Assembly: GCF_006345805.1 (NCBI RefSeq)
Contig: NC_043014.1
Location: forward strand, 26,040,001 to 26,104,000
Direction: 5' to 3'
Source: Octopus sinensis
Taxonomy: Eukaryota
DNA length: 64,000 bases
The first letter of the stretch is position 1; every line of letters begins with the position of its first letter. The notes beneath the pieces were generated by a model that was not told where the DNA came from, did not search any database, and was given only the letters and a program-made list of their open reading frames with translations. The position numbers and the translations under genes are program-made. Of the stretch, positions 1-12,364 are shown piece after piece.

Positions 1-1390
1 AAACATGTTATGGATTAACCCTGCAAAGAGAACACAATTTAGTGCTGACACTGGAGATTATAAAAAGTTTTATCGGATTTTGAAGTCAGTTTCGGATCTT
101 TCGCACCGAGGCATCCAGATTTGATGGAACCCCACTAAAGATTCAAAAGGATGGGTATCCAGTATTGCACGGCATATTTCATGAATCCTTTTATAAATGT
201 TAAGAAGGACAAACATCATATCCCCGTTATGTCGCCATTATCTCATTCTCCAATATCAAGGGAGTAATTAATGAGGGTAAGTTCTGTATCGCAGGAAAAA
301 TCCTCGCAAAATTACTTATAATCAGGCCGATACCCACTATTGTAGAAATCCCCCTCTAAGAATATCAACTCGTGTTCGGAGCCTATATGAAAGTCATCCA
401 TTTGGTATTTGTTCTCAAGCAGTATCCAGAGGAATATAGAAAACGAAACAAGGGGCTTTATGCGATTTTGTCGGTCATGCAAAATCATTCGAAGCAGTGA
501 AAAAAAGGGTCTATGGGAAGCCAGGGATGTACTAGCATGTCCAATCCCAAATTCTTTGATATATTCAACTAACTAGCATAGTGAAGTTAAACAAACCAAA
601 ATGCTCTCAAAGCCTTTCCTAAGAGGGAGGATGTAAAGCCAACTATTTCTTCACTCCTACACTCATCATGACCTTCTATAGCATGATGCTCATAAGGGCC
701 ACAAATCAATGTTAAGATATTTTGCTATGCTAGATATTAGAAATAGTGTATATATATCTTCACACGGGAGTGAAGTTGTAAATAAAATAGTTAATGTGGA
801 TCCCTATCAAAAGATTCACTAAATATTTAAATAGGCATTCGTATGTTATTTTCACAGCTTCGTCTATCGGGAAGGAGAGCTCAATGGTTTTCGCAGACCC
901 TTGCAATCCAGTGAAATGAATGCGGTTGAACAATTGCCAGTTGACGATGCTGGAAACACATTGGCAAAACAGGAAGTTCACAGGATGATGGGAACAAAGA
1001 AATGGATGGGTCCTTGATAAGGAGAATAATCTCTACATCCTGTACCGTACTAATGGAAACCTGTTCATCTCGACACGATTATAGTTCTACATCGAAACGC
1101 TGGAACTCATCCGGGAGCTCCTCTTCTGCGCTTGTTACCCATACATGATATTTTTATGCGCTACTATCCAACTGTACATGTAACATACTGTTGGGTAGAG
1201 GATGCCGAGATCTTCGGACCGAAAGTCAGCTTGAAGAAAATAGAAGTTCTCTTCAGTTGAAACCTAGAGTGATTATCACCTTGCTTGTTATCCCTATCAA
1301 TGAGACAAATCTGAAGACAAGCACATCTGTTCAACTCATTTTGAATGGAATATTGCAATACCAGTAGCTTCTTTCTGAGAGGTAATAGAT
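1..1390 (+). mobile_element. Degenerate RTE-clade LINE, reverse-transcriptase region
   Basis: Hand translation gives broken RTE-type blocks: IAGKILAKLL, LVFVLKQ...KRNKGLYA, LDKENNLYILYRTNGNLF, LIRELLF, EIFGPKVSLKKIEV. Many stops and frameshifts. Interrupted at about 707-1012. Confidence 0.85.
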
Positions 1391-1804
1391 AGTAAATAAT
1401 ATATCTAAGTTAATTTTCTCTATGACGAATCAGCCAACCATAGTGTTATACGCAAGCCATTTTCAGCTGTATTTGGCTTTACTCAAGGCAGCGTACAGTT
1501 GGATAGTAGCGCATAAAAATATGACATTATTTTCATACCAGATACATGGTTGAATGCTTTCAACTAAATATCCCCACCTAGTCCCTAAGAACCAGGTGGG
1601 GATATTTAAAATGGAACGACGAATTAGGTCAATGACCAATTACAAATGGGAACAAACTTCTCTGCAGATTGGACTCATTGATCTCATTCTACTGGGTTCC
1701 ATTCCGTAAACAACATACACACTTATACACATATATATGCACACCTCGCACGCACATCGACACGTTCTCACACGTATGTATATATGTGTGCGCATATATA
1801 TATA

Positions 1805-2340
1805 TCAATATTTATAAATATGAAATGCGAAAAGTTTGCTTGTCTGGTTTTGGCATTGGAACGGGTTAAAGGCCACTGGATCCCGTCGGATAGACTCCAA
1901 AATTTACAGGGACATGTAAAATAAGGTGAGGATGTCAGTGGGCTAGGTTAGAAATCCCTACCTCAAAAGCTGTGGTTACTAGGGCAAAAAACGCACACTT
2001 TGACAAGTCTCCTCTCATTCTCTTATCTGCCTGTCTTCCTCCTTCTCTATATCTTTCTTGCCTTCCTTTCACTTTCTCTCTATAACGTCGTTTGACAGTG
2101 TCTACTATCTTTCCGCCGCCTTCACTCTTTCTTCCACATCATCTCTCTCTCTATACGTCTGTCTGCATTCATAGAGAGAATCATTATCGCCACCACGACA
2201 GCACAACCACGAGAACAAATATTATGAATCAGATATTTATTGGGTTAATTTGTACATGTGTGTGTGTGTGTGTTCTGTATATAAATATGTATATATAATG
2301 TATATATACAAAGTTTATATATCTGTATTTATATATATAT

Positions 2341-2409
<69 letters not shown>

Positions 2410-3376
2410 GCGTACACACACATATATATATAATGCGTATATATGTACATATATGTATATTTAATGCATATATATATATCTATAATGTGTGCATTATGTG
2501 GTCGGTCGGTTCAGCTGAAAATATGCACACCTATGTTAAAAGTGCTGGCGAGTTTGCATGGCAACTATTTTCCCCCTCAAATGAAAGGCGTGACCTCTAG
2601 GACAAAATTCCTCATCTTATAAAATGTGGCCCGAGTAGACCCGAATGAAATCGGGTTATATTAACCAAAATGTGAAAAGGGGTCTAAGTGGGGCTGGAAG
2701 GGGATTAAAATTTACAGGAGCGGATGTTTAGAAATTCTCTGTTACATCAAGCTAAAAAATTTGCGCCAGCCTTTAAATCTTCAATGTGTTGCCGTCCATG
2801 ATGAAGAAGTTTCGAATGCTTGCCATGGTGAGTCTACTGTCGTAAGAAAGAATCATTTCAAAACTTGGTTTTTAGGAATTTTCTTTTACATCAAGTTCAA
2901 AATTTTACGCCAGCCGTTAAACTGCCACTACATTGCTGTCTGTCGTTAAGAAATGCCAGCCATGGTGACTCTACTATCCCCAGATTCTATCCCTTTAAAC
3001 TTTGGTTTCCAATATTTTTTTATTTCTATTCAGCTCGCAAGCTCGTCTGTCCCTTTTAAATGTTAGTGTTTTGCTGTCTGCCTTGAAGCAGACCTTTCCG
3101 TTGTCACTGCCTGATATTTATGATTGATCTTTCAAAATATTTTTCTTTCGCAACTTACTCAAGATCTTTTGTTGTTTATAAATGGGTGAGAGATAGATAG
3201 AGAAAGATAGAGAGTAAGAGAAAGCGAAGGAGAGTCCGAGAGAAATGAAGAGTAAGAGAGTGGGAAAGTGAGAGAGAAAGGAGAGAGGAACAAAGAGGGA
3301 GAATGTGGTGATAAAAAGCAGAAAGGAAGCAACAGAAAGTAACAAACACACTCTTACCCGCGCATAGAGCGGCTAG
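1805..3376 (+). mobile_element. Candidate non-autonomous Helitron
   Basis: Starts A|TCAATATTTATAAATATGAA at 1805, the same start as the reverse copy ending at 30455. A CCGC/GCGG hairpin and CTAG|T lie at 3359-3377. That both ends belong to one element is inferred. Confidence 0.45.
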
Positions 3377-3471
3377 TATATGGGATTACTTTAGGTTTCC
3401 CTTTATGGGCAGGAAACCTAACGCAATCCCATAAACCTGCCCTCCCCAATCTATATACCCCATTATATATA

Positions 3472-3537
<66 letters not shown>

Positions 3538-4830
3538 GAAGAAAGAAACAAAGTAAGAAAGAAAGGAAGAAAGAGTGACAGTATTGTGAGAGAGAAAGAG
3601 GAAGAGAGTAGTGAAGTCGATAAACAACCCGCACTGCTTATCATAGGTTTTCGTTGCTTTCCTTGTTTTCTTTTACAGGACACAATCTATGTCGGATACA
3701 ATCGATTCTGAGAGAGTAAATGATAGAAAATCCACTTGGAGTGAGGAGAAACCAGAGTCTGAAAGATAGAGAATGATAAAAAAAAATGTAGTTCGCTAAT
3801 ATTTGATTAGTGCTTTATGTAATGACCTCGAAGGGATAAAATAGTTGAATTCGGTGGCATTGAACTAAGAATACTGTAATGTATTCTTTCAGTTTCTGTA
3901 GAGACACTTCTAGTAATGGTAGAAATGTTTTATGTCGAGTACAAATATAATGCATAAGAGATAATGACAATGAAAATCTTTCAGGCATGAAAATACTTTT
4001 AGAAAAAACCATAGAAATATTTGAAGGTAGGATCTACATATAGTATTACAAATCTGGAGCTTTGCTATCAATTGAAGCTTACACCAAGAAAAGGACGAAT
4101 GGGCAATAACAACTAAAAAATAAATAAAAGCATCTACTTCAACAACAAGCACAACACCATCATCACCACCTTAAACAACTACGACTTTAGATACAAAAGA
4201 AGATTACACCCATATTTTGAAAGTGACCTATATCCAATTGTTATTTTGTACTTGACTCAGTAACTTAGAATCATTTTTTAATATCTTTTATTGTATCTAT
4301 TTTTACGCTTTTTGTAATTAGTTAAAACTGTTGAATAATGTTTGTTAACGCAGAGTTCACTAGCTATAACGAATGGCTGCTAAGGTACTTTTTGTGGTAC
4401 GCCTAAAGATTTGAATTAACTAAAACTAAACCCATCGGGACGAAAAGAATTCATCAGCTTCTTGATTAATTGTGGGAAAGAAATTCAGGGGACACTAACA
4501 GGTATCAGGGACATTTTCCTGTGTATGATCTTCGATCGGTATCACTAAACAACCTCAACGAAATACAGTCATGGTAGTAGTTCCCACAGGCTAGATAACT
4601 GAAAAATAGTGGGTTCACAAGTTGAATGACTGGGAAGAAATTATCCAGCGACGTCTTCTGCGAGGAAATCAGTTTGTCAAGTTAGTATAAGCATGCGTTA
4701 TATAGTTAGCTAAACATTTTTGGGAAAGTGTCTGTAGTCTAATCCTTAAATTCTAGTCAAGAAACGAGGAAATAACCCTGAAGTGTGGTGATAATGACGA
4801 CGACGAGAATAATAATGATGATGATGATGA

Positions 4831-4865
<35 letters not shown>

Positions 4866-4868
4866 CAC

Positions 4869-7800
4869 TAGGGTTGCCAACCGTCCTTTATTCAGCTCTA
4901 TTTGTCCTTGTCATTTATTGAGATTTGAAATGACACTATTTATCCTTTATTTTGAAATTGTTTTTACTGGTTGTTCCTTTTCCTGCTCTGAAGATGTGAT
5001 TGCAAAAGCGTTTGCTTTTTATAAGAGTGCAGACTCTGTCAACTCTGCAGTCTGCACAATACCAGGTGTATAGAGCGGCAGACCAGGGTGTAAAATTAGC
5101 CTAATTTTATGTATAACTCAATTCGCCATTAAAAGAAAAGGCACTCATTTTGGGAAAACGAGAAAATCGTAAACTATGTTACTAAATATGAGAATCACCA
5201 GCAAGAAAAAAGGAAAGAAAAAACAAAAAGAAAGGAGGTGCCGTTGGACATTTGGAAAGGTAATACCTCCGCATGAACTGACTGGGACTCACAAAGAAGA
5301 ACCAAAACAAATATGGTGTATTATTCAACAAGGTAGTGATGAGGTCCTTCACAAAATCGAGCCATATTTTGTTATAAATACCAATGAACAGTGAAATCTA
5401 TGTGAGAAAACTTGTAATAGTAGTGCCAATATTTCATATTATTATGAGATAACGATATTAATTGAAAGAGTGTTTTCGAGACATGATAATTTTTACATTG
5501 TTACAAGAATGTACTGATTAGGCCAAATTTTTCAAGTGCTAGCATTTCGATTTCAGTTCCCATTTCATGTCATGCGCCTTTTAGATACATTTTTGTTGGG
5601 TCATATAATATCTTTTTACTTAATATTGTCACTGTTGGTGAAAATTTATAATTAGTAATTATTATTTTCAAATTCAATGCAGCTAGTGACATCATCGTGA
5701 GCCTGTGAGGCCCAGTGCTCGTTCCTCATTCAGTTGGATGCTAGTTTTCTTGCGCCCACATTAAATGGCCAAGAACTAGGCTAGAGAATATTTCTTTAAG
5801 TAAGTTAATTTCTAGAGTTTGAAGTTATAAGAAATTCTGAGGTTTATGCGCTAGCATAATTTGCTTTTTCAGAAGCTAAATAGAACTACCATAACTAAAG
5901 CTATATTCACATATCATTTGAAATATCTTCTAGCGGTGTCTGTGTGAGTGTGCGGATATTATTGATCATTGACATTTTCTTGACCTGCTAGAAGTGCATG
6001 CATTAACTCTAGACCTTTTTTCGCAACATATATTTTATTTCAATGCTAAATCAAATTTCTTTCACATGGTTTTAATACATTAGTAAGGCGGGACTGCATT
6101 GACTGCTTAATATTCATGCTCAGTGAAAAAGAAGAGACTGTGCTCATATAACAAAGACTGGGAAAAGGGGTATGAATGGTTGGCAGCAACTAATAACCCA
6201 GAAGAGGCAAAGCGCATTATTTGTGATAGTACCTTTAAAATTGGCTATAAGGGTGTTGTAGCTATCGAACAACAAAACTTCTGATAGTCATAAAAGTAAC
6301 TGAAATACCAAAAGCCAATACCAAAAAAAAGAAAATAATGTAATTGCTTCAGAAGTAGCTCGAATATATCATTCTTACAATCATTCCTACAACTCCCTTG
6401 ATTGTGGCTTGAAATTGAATTTAAAACTTTACCAGGATCCCAAAGCAGCTGGAAAGATATTTTGTGATCGGACCAAATCGGAGGCCATAGTTACGAATGT
6501 GTCAGGTAAAAAAGCATTAGAAGTAGCATTGAAAGATTTGAAACAGCATGATTCTCCTCTATATTTTTGTCTTCAAATTGATGCTTTTAACCACAAAAAC
6601 AGGAAAATGTTTCCCATATGTGTTCAATATTTCAATATGGAATGCGATGCAGTAAATTACATTATTGACATTTTTGAGAATGATGATGAAAGTGCAAATG
6701 GAATGTTTAGACGTTTGAGAAAGAATATGGACAATTTGCAACTTGACTGGGAAAGAGTTTCATGTTTTAGTGCAGATAATGCAAATTGCAATTTTGGAAT
6801 AAAGCATTCTTTATATACTAACATTCTCACACTAAATGACAGTGTTATTAAAGCTAATTGCAATGCGCACATTTTCCATAATTCAGGAAAAAGTGCTTTG
6901 GAAAACTTGAATGTAGCTGTAGAAAATATTATCCTAAAGATATATGGGCATTTTACAGTATCGGCAAAAAGAACTGAAACTCTTAAAAACTTTCATTTAT
7001 TTGTAGAGACAGAATATAGAAGGATTCTTCGGCATGTATCCCAAATTATTGAAATCTATCTGATGTTTTCGCAACATGTAATGGAGGTATTCAAATTATC
7101 AATTAAAGAACTTGAAAAGGTTGAAACTACAGCACTAGATATTTTCAATATCATGACAGATTTAAGAAACGAGTTAAGATCTCGAATTACGGAAGAATTT
7201 TTCGGCTATAATGTTCAACAACAATTGAAAAATTTAGGTACTGATGAGGTACGAAAGACTTTAAATCTTTTCTTGTTTCTGCCATCACTTATTGGGAAAA
7301 CAGAATAGATTTCGATGAAAATTCAACATTCAGCAAATTATCAAATCTGAGTTTCTTAGGCCAGTCATTCCCAAAGTTTCAGAAATTTGTAGAAGTAATA
7401 AAACATTTGAAGCTAGAAGGAAAGCTTAAATTAAAGATGGATGAACTTTTTGCTGAAGTAGTATTAATTCAAAGAAACTTCGGCACTATCAAAATCTCTG
7501 AACTCTTCATAAGTTCAAAAACAGCAAGCAGAAAGTGGTATTTTATTTTGAAATCTATGGACTTTTAACGTATCAATGTTTTCAAAATAGTTTCTTTTGA
7601 ACTATAAATTCCTGGAACATCATCTTATTGTGAGAGTTTTTAGTTTAATGTCCTCTAAATGGCTAGATGAAAGGAACCGATGCTCTATAGCATTAATTGA
7701 GAATAAACTCATATATTTTAGCATAAAAGATAGTCGCTTGGAATTCGCTAAAAACATCAAAGATGATAAAATTTTCTGAAGGCAGCAAAAAGCCAGGGCA

Positions 7801-8023
7801 AATATAGTTTTCAAGATTAGAATTTTTTGATCAAGGTAAAATAAATGTCTTTTCATTCTTGTTTTTGTATTGTCATTTAGGTAAAAGAAATGTAATTTTG
7901 AACTGCATTTAATATTGGCACCTATTATAATCTATAGGAACTGAATCAAAATTTGTGCACTTAAATAAATATCAATAAAGTGTTTATGTCCTTTATTGTA
8001 GCTTAACAGAGTTGGCGACCCTA
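4869..8023 (+). mobile_element. hAT-superfamily DNA transposon, degenerate
   Basis: TIRs TAGGGTTGCCAAC (4869-4881) and GTTGGCGACCCTA (8011-8023). The 8-bp flanks ACATACAC/ATATAAAC match 6 of 8, consistent with a decayed TSD. Internal transposase remnants. Confidence 0.9.
6120..7790 (+). pseudogene. hAT transposase pseudogene (largest open piece 6409-7308)
   Basis: CDRTKSEAIV, DAFNHK..MFPICVQYF, SADNAN.NFG, and the CxxH motif CNAHIFHN. BED-like remnant near 6135-6260. C-terminal RVFSLMSSKWLDERNR resembles the dimerisation region. Stops and frameshifts are present. Confidence 0.85.
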
Positions 8024-8032
8024 ATATAAACA

Positions 8033-8190
8033 CACACGATGAGCTTCTTTCAGTTTCTGTCTACCACATTCACTCACAAGGCTTTGGTCAGCCCGAAGCT
8101 ATAGTAGAAGACACTTGCCCAAGGTGCTATGCTGTGGGGCAGAACTCGAAACCATGTGGTTAGGAAGTCAGCTTACCACACAGCCATGCC
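8033..8190 (-). mobile_element. tRNA-derived SINE, family A
   Basis: Reverse complement of the GGCTGTGTGGTAAG...CACCTTGGGCAAGTGTCTTCTACTATAG...CTGAAAGAAGC sequence also seen at 24050-24197 and 31920-32070. Confidence 0.75.
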
Positions 8191-8372
8191 ATAGTAGAAG
8201 TAGTAGAAGTAGTACACAAAGCGTTTACTTTAGGAAAAACATTAAGGATAGTATTGCAGGACGAAACAAAGAATGTGTGTTTGTGTGTGTGGGGGTGTGT
8301 ATTGTAAAGGTTTTGATTGTAACGAAAGAAAAAAGACAAGTTCAATAATGTGTATTTCTCAATAGGGAGGAA

Positions 8373-8622
8373 GAATATATCGTAATACCGAACCATAATT
8401 AACATCTCGTATAATATGGATTACAGAATCAAAAGAATACTCAATACATGATGTATAATGTATAGCAAGAAAAATACCCCTCATCAATTGAATAACTAAA
8501 CACAAACCTAATAAAGAACCAAAATTTCACCAAATAAACAAATTAACAGGTGATGGTAAATCAACTAATGCTCTATTTACAATCTGCAAAACAGGATGAG
8601 TTTTTCGTAATGAACTAAGCAT
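8373..8622 (-). pseudogene. cob: Cytochrome b 5' fragment (NUMT)
   Basis: [42 protein letters not shown]...RDVNYG in the invertebrate mitochondrial code. Confidence 0.92.
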
Positions 8623-9115
8623 ATTTATATTTAAATACTCGTAACGGCCCCTCACAATAATAACAAATTTTAACAACTCTTACTAAAATCAATAATAACA
8701 TCACCCCTAAAAATACATAACAAAACATATTAAATATTATTACTAATCTAGATATACCTAAACTTATAAATTTAATCTCCATTATTTTTATATACATTAT
8801 ACGTAAGTATAATCTAAATATGAATATATAGAAATTACATTCATAACCACCCCCTCTCATAAGCCCAATTAATTATATAATCAACCCTTTAGAAAAAAAT
8901 TAAATAAGTAATTAAACTAATAATATATATAAATATCACCAATAAACCACCCACATAAACCAAAAATAATAAATAACCATATCAAGAATAAACAAAAAAA
9001 AAAGAAATTATAATCCTCATAAAAATTCTAGGATAATTATAAATCCTAACCTGAATCAAAATAATCAACATACTAATAATAGAAAAACCTAAAGAAAAAA
9101 TACCATTAACACCAT
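8615..9115 (-). pseudogene. nad6: NADH dehydrogenase subunit 6 (NUMT), frameshifted
   Basis: YVGGLLVMFMY motif. The TAG stop overlaps the cob ATG by 8 nt (ATGCTTAG). Confidence 0.85.
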
Positions 9116-9120
9116 ATCAA

Positions 9121-9184
9121 AAACTAAAATGCCTATTTTAATATATAACTTCTAATGTTAATATTTTAATTAAACTATCTTTTG
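9121..9184 (-). pseudogene. trnP: Degenerate mitochondrial tRNA-Pro (NUMT)
   Basis: CAAAAGATAGTTTAATTAAAATATTAAC... lies between nad1 and nad6, the expected trnP position. The anticodon loop no longer reads TGG. Confidence 0.5.
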
Positions 9185-9188
9185 TAAT

Positions 9189-9960
9189 TTATAAATAAAT
9201 TATTTTACTGCATACCCCAATAAAAATCAAAATTATTAATACACACGGTAAATAACTCTTTCAAATCAAATATATCAACAAATCATAACGATATCGAGGA
9301 TAAATTGCACGAACACAAATAAATAAAAATCTCAATAAACCAACAACAAATGACATTGATAATCCCATAGAAATATTTAAAAATCCTCCTCCAAAAAATA
9401 ACACTCTACACAAAAATATTACAAATAAAATATTCCCATACTCAGCCATAAACAATAACGCAATCCCCACAGCCCCATACTGAACATTAAACCATGAAAC
9501 TAACTCCGACTCCTCCTCAGCAAAATCAAATGAAGTTCGATGAGTTTCCGCAATCATAGATACAACTCATATTATAGACATAAAAAAATAACAAAAAATC
9601 CAACAAATATACTGATATTTCAATAAACTAACAAAATTAATTCTTCCTGCCAATAACAAACGACTTATTAAAATTAAAGATATTCTAATCTCATAAGAAA
9701 TACTCTAAGCAACCGCACGATCAAACCCCAACAAAACATATTCAGTATTAGAAAACAAACCAGCTCCCATAACAGAATAAGCACCAATACTAGAAATACA
9801 TAAAAGACATTATTATACTTATAACACCTATCGCCACAAAAGATATCTATTATACAATATTCACAAAAACAAAGTAAAAAATAATCTCAAAAATGGACAA
9901 ATTAAAAGAGGAAAATTATTAACCAAAGTAGGCTTAATATACTCTTTTCGAAATAACTTT
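9189..9960 (-). pseudogene. nad1: NADH dehydrogenase subunit 1, 5' end missing (NUMT)
   Basis: AETHRTSFDFAEEESELVS...FMAEYGNIL...YPRYRYDLL. Begins abruptly at KLFRKEYIKP. Confidence 0.93.
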
Positions 9961-10570
9961 GATAAACAGGCGAAGTTAATCTTTGCCAAATTCCTTTATT
10001 TTATTTTATTTATAACACATATATTTACATCAATAACCTTAAATTTAAATATATGAACCTATCAACCCAATAAATATACTCCACACAACAAGACTAATTT
10101 TAACATTATATGTAACTTTAATTAAATTCAAAGAAACTTATTTAATAAACCACAAAGAAACACAATTTAATATAAATATATTACAAAATATCTATAAGGA
10201 AAAAATATTAATTCAACTTTAATCAACCATTAAACAATCTCTTACAATCTATATATGAATCTTATCCCCAATATTTAAATCAAAACTACTTAATCATAGT
10301 TAATCTCAACTAAAACTAAAATGTAAAAATAAAAAAAAAACTAGCTATCATATAAATGGAATAGCATTTCACTACCATTTACCTCTAAAATAATGACTAT
10401 ACCACGTTAACTATCTATATATTAACAATAATAAAACACATAGATCTTCATATTTCGGGAAACTAATATATACCAAGTAATATTATCAAACCATTAAGCA
10501 AAAGGTACAAAATTAAAACTTTATTATACTTAAAATCAATAAAATTTTCTCCTTCTCAGTACAATCAACA
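9958..10570 (-). pseudogene. rrnL: 5' half of mitochondrial large-subunit rRNA (NUMT)
   Basis: GTACCTTTTG, GTAGTGAAATGCTATT...ATAGCT and AAGGAATTTGGCAAA motifs, and CGCCTGTTTATCAAA (first 15 nt of the 16Sar primer site) at 9958-9972. Confidence 0.85.
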
Positions 10571-10666
10571 CTCTAGGCATAACACCAACATGAACTTCTA
10601 ACTTGTTATCTCTGGGTGAGACTTGGAATTAACTTGTACAAATACAATGCAAAAGTCAAACATATG

Positions 10667-10826
<160 letters not shown>

Positions 10827-11549
10827 TCTATTATAATAATGAGTTTGTAAGTTTGTCCAAAATCAAGCGAAAAGGGCGTAGCAGTAAAACAGAGAAGAGA
10901 CAAAATGGTAATAACAATGAGAGCGGGAGTGGTATCAAACAGCGCCTCTCGCTCTCTCTCAACAAAATCCTTTTCACTTTTTGATGAACGCTGCCTCTCA
11001 CTCTTCCCCTCACCCTCTCTGTCGATCTATCTACTGATGCACACACACACTCTCTTTCTCACTCTCTCCCTCTCTCTCTCTCTCTCAGTCACTCACTCTA
11101 TTTGTCTCTCTCGCTCTCACTCAACAACATTTACATTTTTATTCGATGAATGCTGATTTTGTTCTGGTAAACTTTAATAACAATATATAAGACAAGTTAG
11201 TAAGATTTTTTGCACCTTAAAATTATTTTTTCTGTATCTCTATGGATGTTTGACTGGTCTGGAAGATTTTTCTGCTTAAAAAGTTGCAAACTTAATAGAA
11301 TATAAGATAAATGAATAAGTAGTAATTTTTTAAGTCATGAAATTAAAATATTGTCTATTGAAAGAAAGCTTGATAATATTGGTAAGAAAGCTAAATATTA
11401 AAGATAAGAAAGCTAAATATAAAAGGAAGGTAATTAAAAATATTTACAAATACTTGCCGATACGGTGATGTTTGTAAATATTTATGAATGAAGAATTTTG
11501 CCAAGGCAGTGAAGTATGTCTTCAAGATATTTTTTCCATTTCAGGTGGT

Positions 11550-11641
<92 letters not shown>

Positions 11642-12002
11642 GCAGACAGAGAGACAGAGAGAGAGAGAGCATCACAAAAGCGTCAAGATGAAACAAAAGA
11701 GCAAGTAGCAGTGAGGAGAGAATATCTAAGAACGAGAGCATCGCAAAAGCGACAAGATGAAACGGAAGAAGCAGCACAAAGGAGAGAAATCGAAAGAGAG
11801 AGAACAACGAGGAAAGAAGAATGGAAGACTTAATTAATACTGAAACAGTCCATCCAAAACAAGACAGACTCATCGCTGGTAGGGTTTCCACTAGAAACGT
11901 GATGCTGAATCAATTACTCAGATAAAGGTTGTAATGCTTTTATTTTTATTTTATTATCCGTATCATTTTAATGCCGTCATTTCTGACGGCTCGGGTACAC
12001 TA

Positions 12003-12003
<1 letters not shown>
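10827..12003 (+). mobile_element. Non-autonomous Helitron, internal-deletion derivative of the family at 36474-43306
   Basis: A|TCTATTATAATAATG start. GCCGTCA-TTTC-TGACGGC hairpin (11973-11990) and CTAG|T end (12000-12004). Contains about 2 copies of the 69-bp repeat joined at about 11848 to the Helitron 3' end. Confidence 0.87.
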
Positions 12004-12060
<57 letters not shown>

Positions 12061-12070
12061 CAACAATAAC

Positions 12071-12116
<46 letters not shown>

Positions 12117-12142
12117 GTAATAATAATAATAATAATAATAAT
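12004..12142. repeat. (AAT)n microsatellite with variants
   Basis: Directly visible. Confidence 0.98.
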
Positions 12143-12319
12143 ACGTTTATATATTTGTTGTGCAAGATTTTTTATGTGAATTCGTGTGTTGAAACAGATA
12201 TTGTTATATTTCGGAATGGTCATTTTGCCAGTTAAGCCAATAAAAACACACGCACTATATGTTTGGTGTTATTTTGCTTCAGTGTTATTTATTTTTTACA
12301 TTAATCTTAGTCTAACTTC

Positions 12320-12364
12320 GGGCAGAGTTCTTTCGTCACACTCCTGTGACCGCATCAGTGGTCC
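12320..12364 (-). ncRNA. Minimal type-I hammerhead-like motif (variant core CUGAUGC), inverted pLTR copy
   Basis: Reverse strand reads GGACCA CTGATGCG GTCACA GGAG TGTGAC GAAA GAAC TC TGCCC. Confidence 0.55.

Larger units (their letters stand above)
8373..10570 (-). other. NUMT (nuclear copy of mtDNA): cob(5')-nad6-trnP-nad1(3')-rrnL(5')
   Basis: Contiguous mitochondrial genes readable in the invertebrate mitochondrial code, in cephalopod-type order, with disabling mutations and nuclear repeats on both sides. The rrnL-side boundary is approximate. Confidence 0.95.

Noticed and set aside
7237-7265. CTGATGA-GGTAC-GAAA hammerhead-like string
   Set aside because: It lies in the hAT coding frame, and stems I and III do not pair convincingly.
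8373-10570. Genuine mitochondrial contig or contamination
   Set aside because: It has frameshifts, substitutions at invariant residues, an internal deletion and nuclear repeats on both sides.
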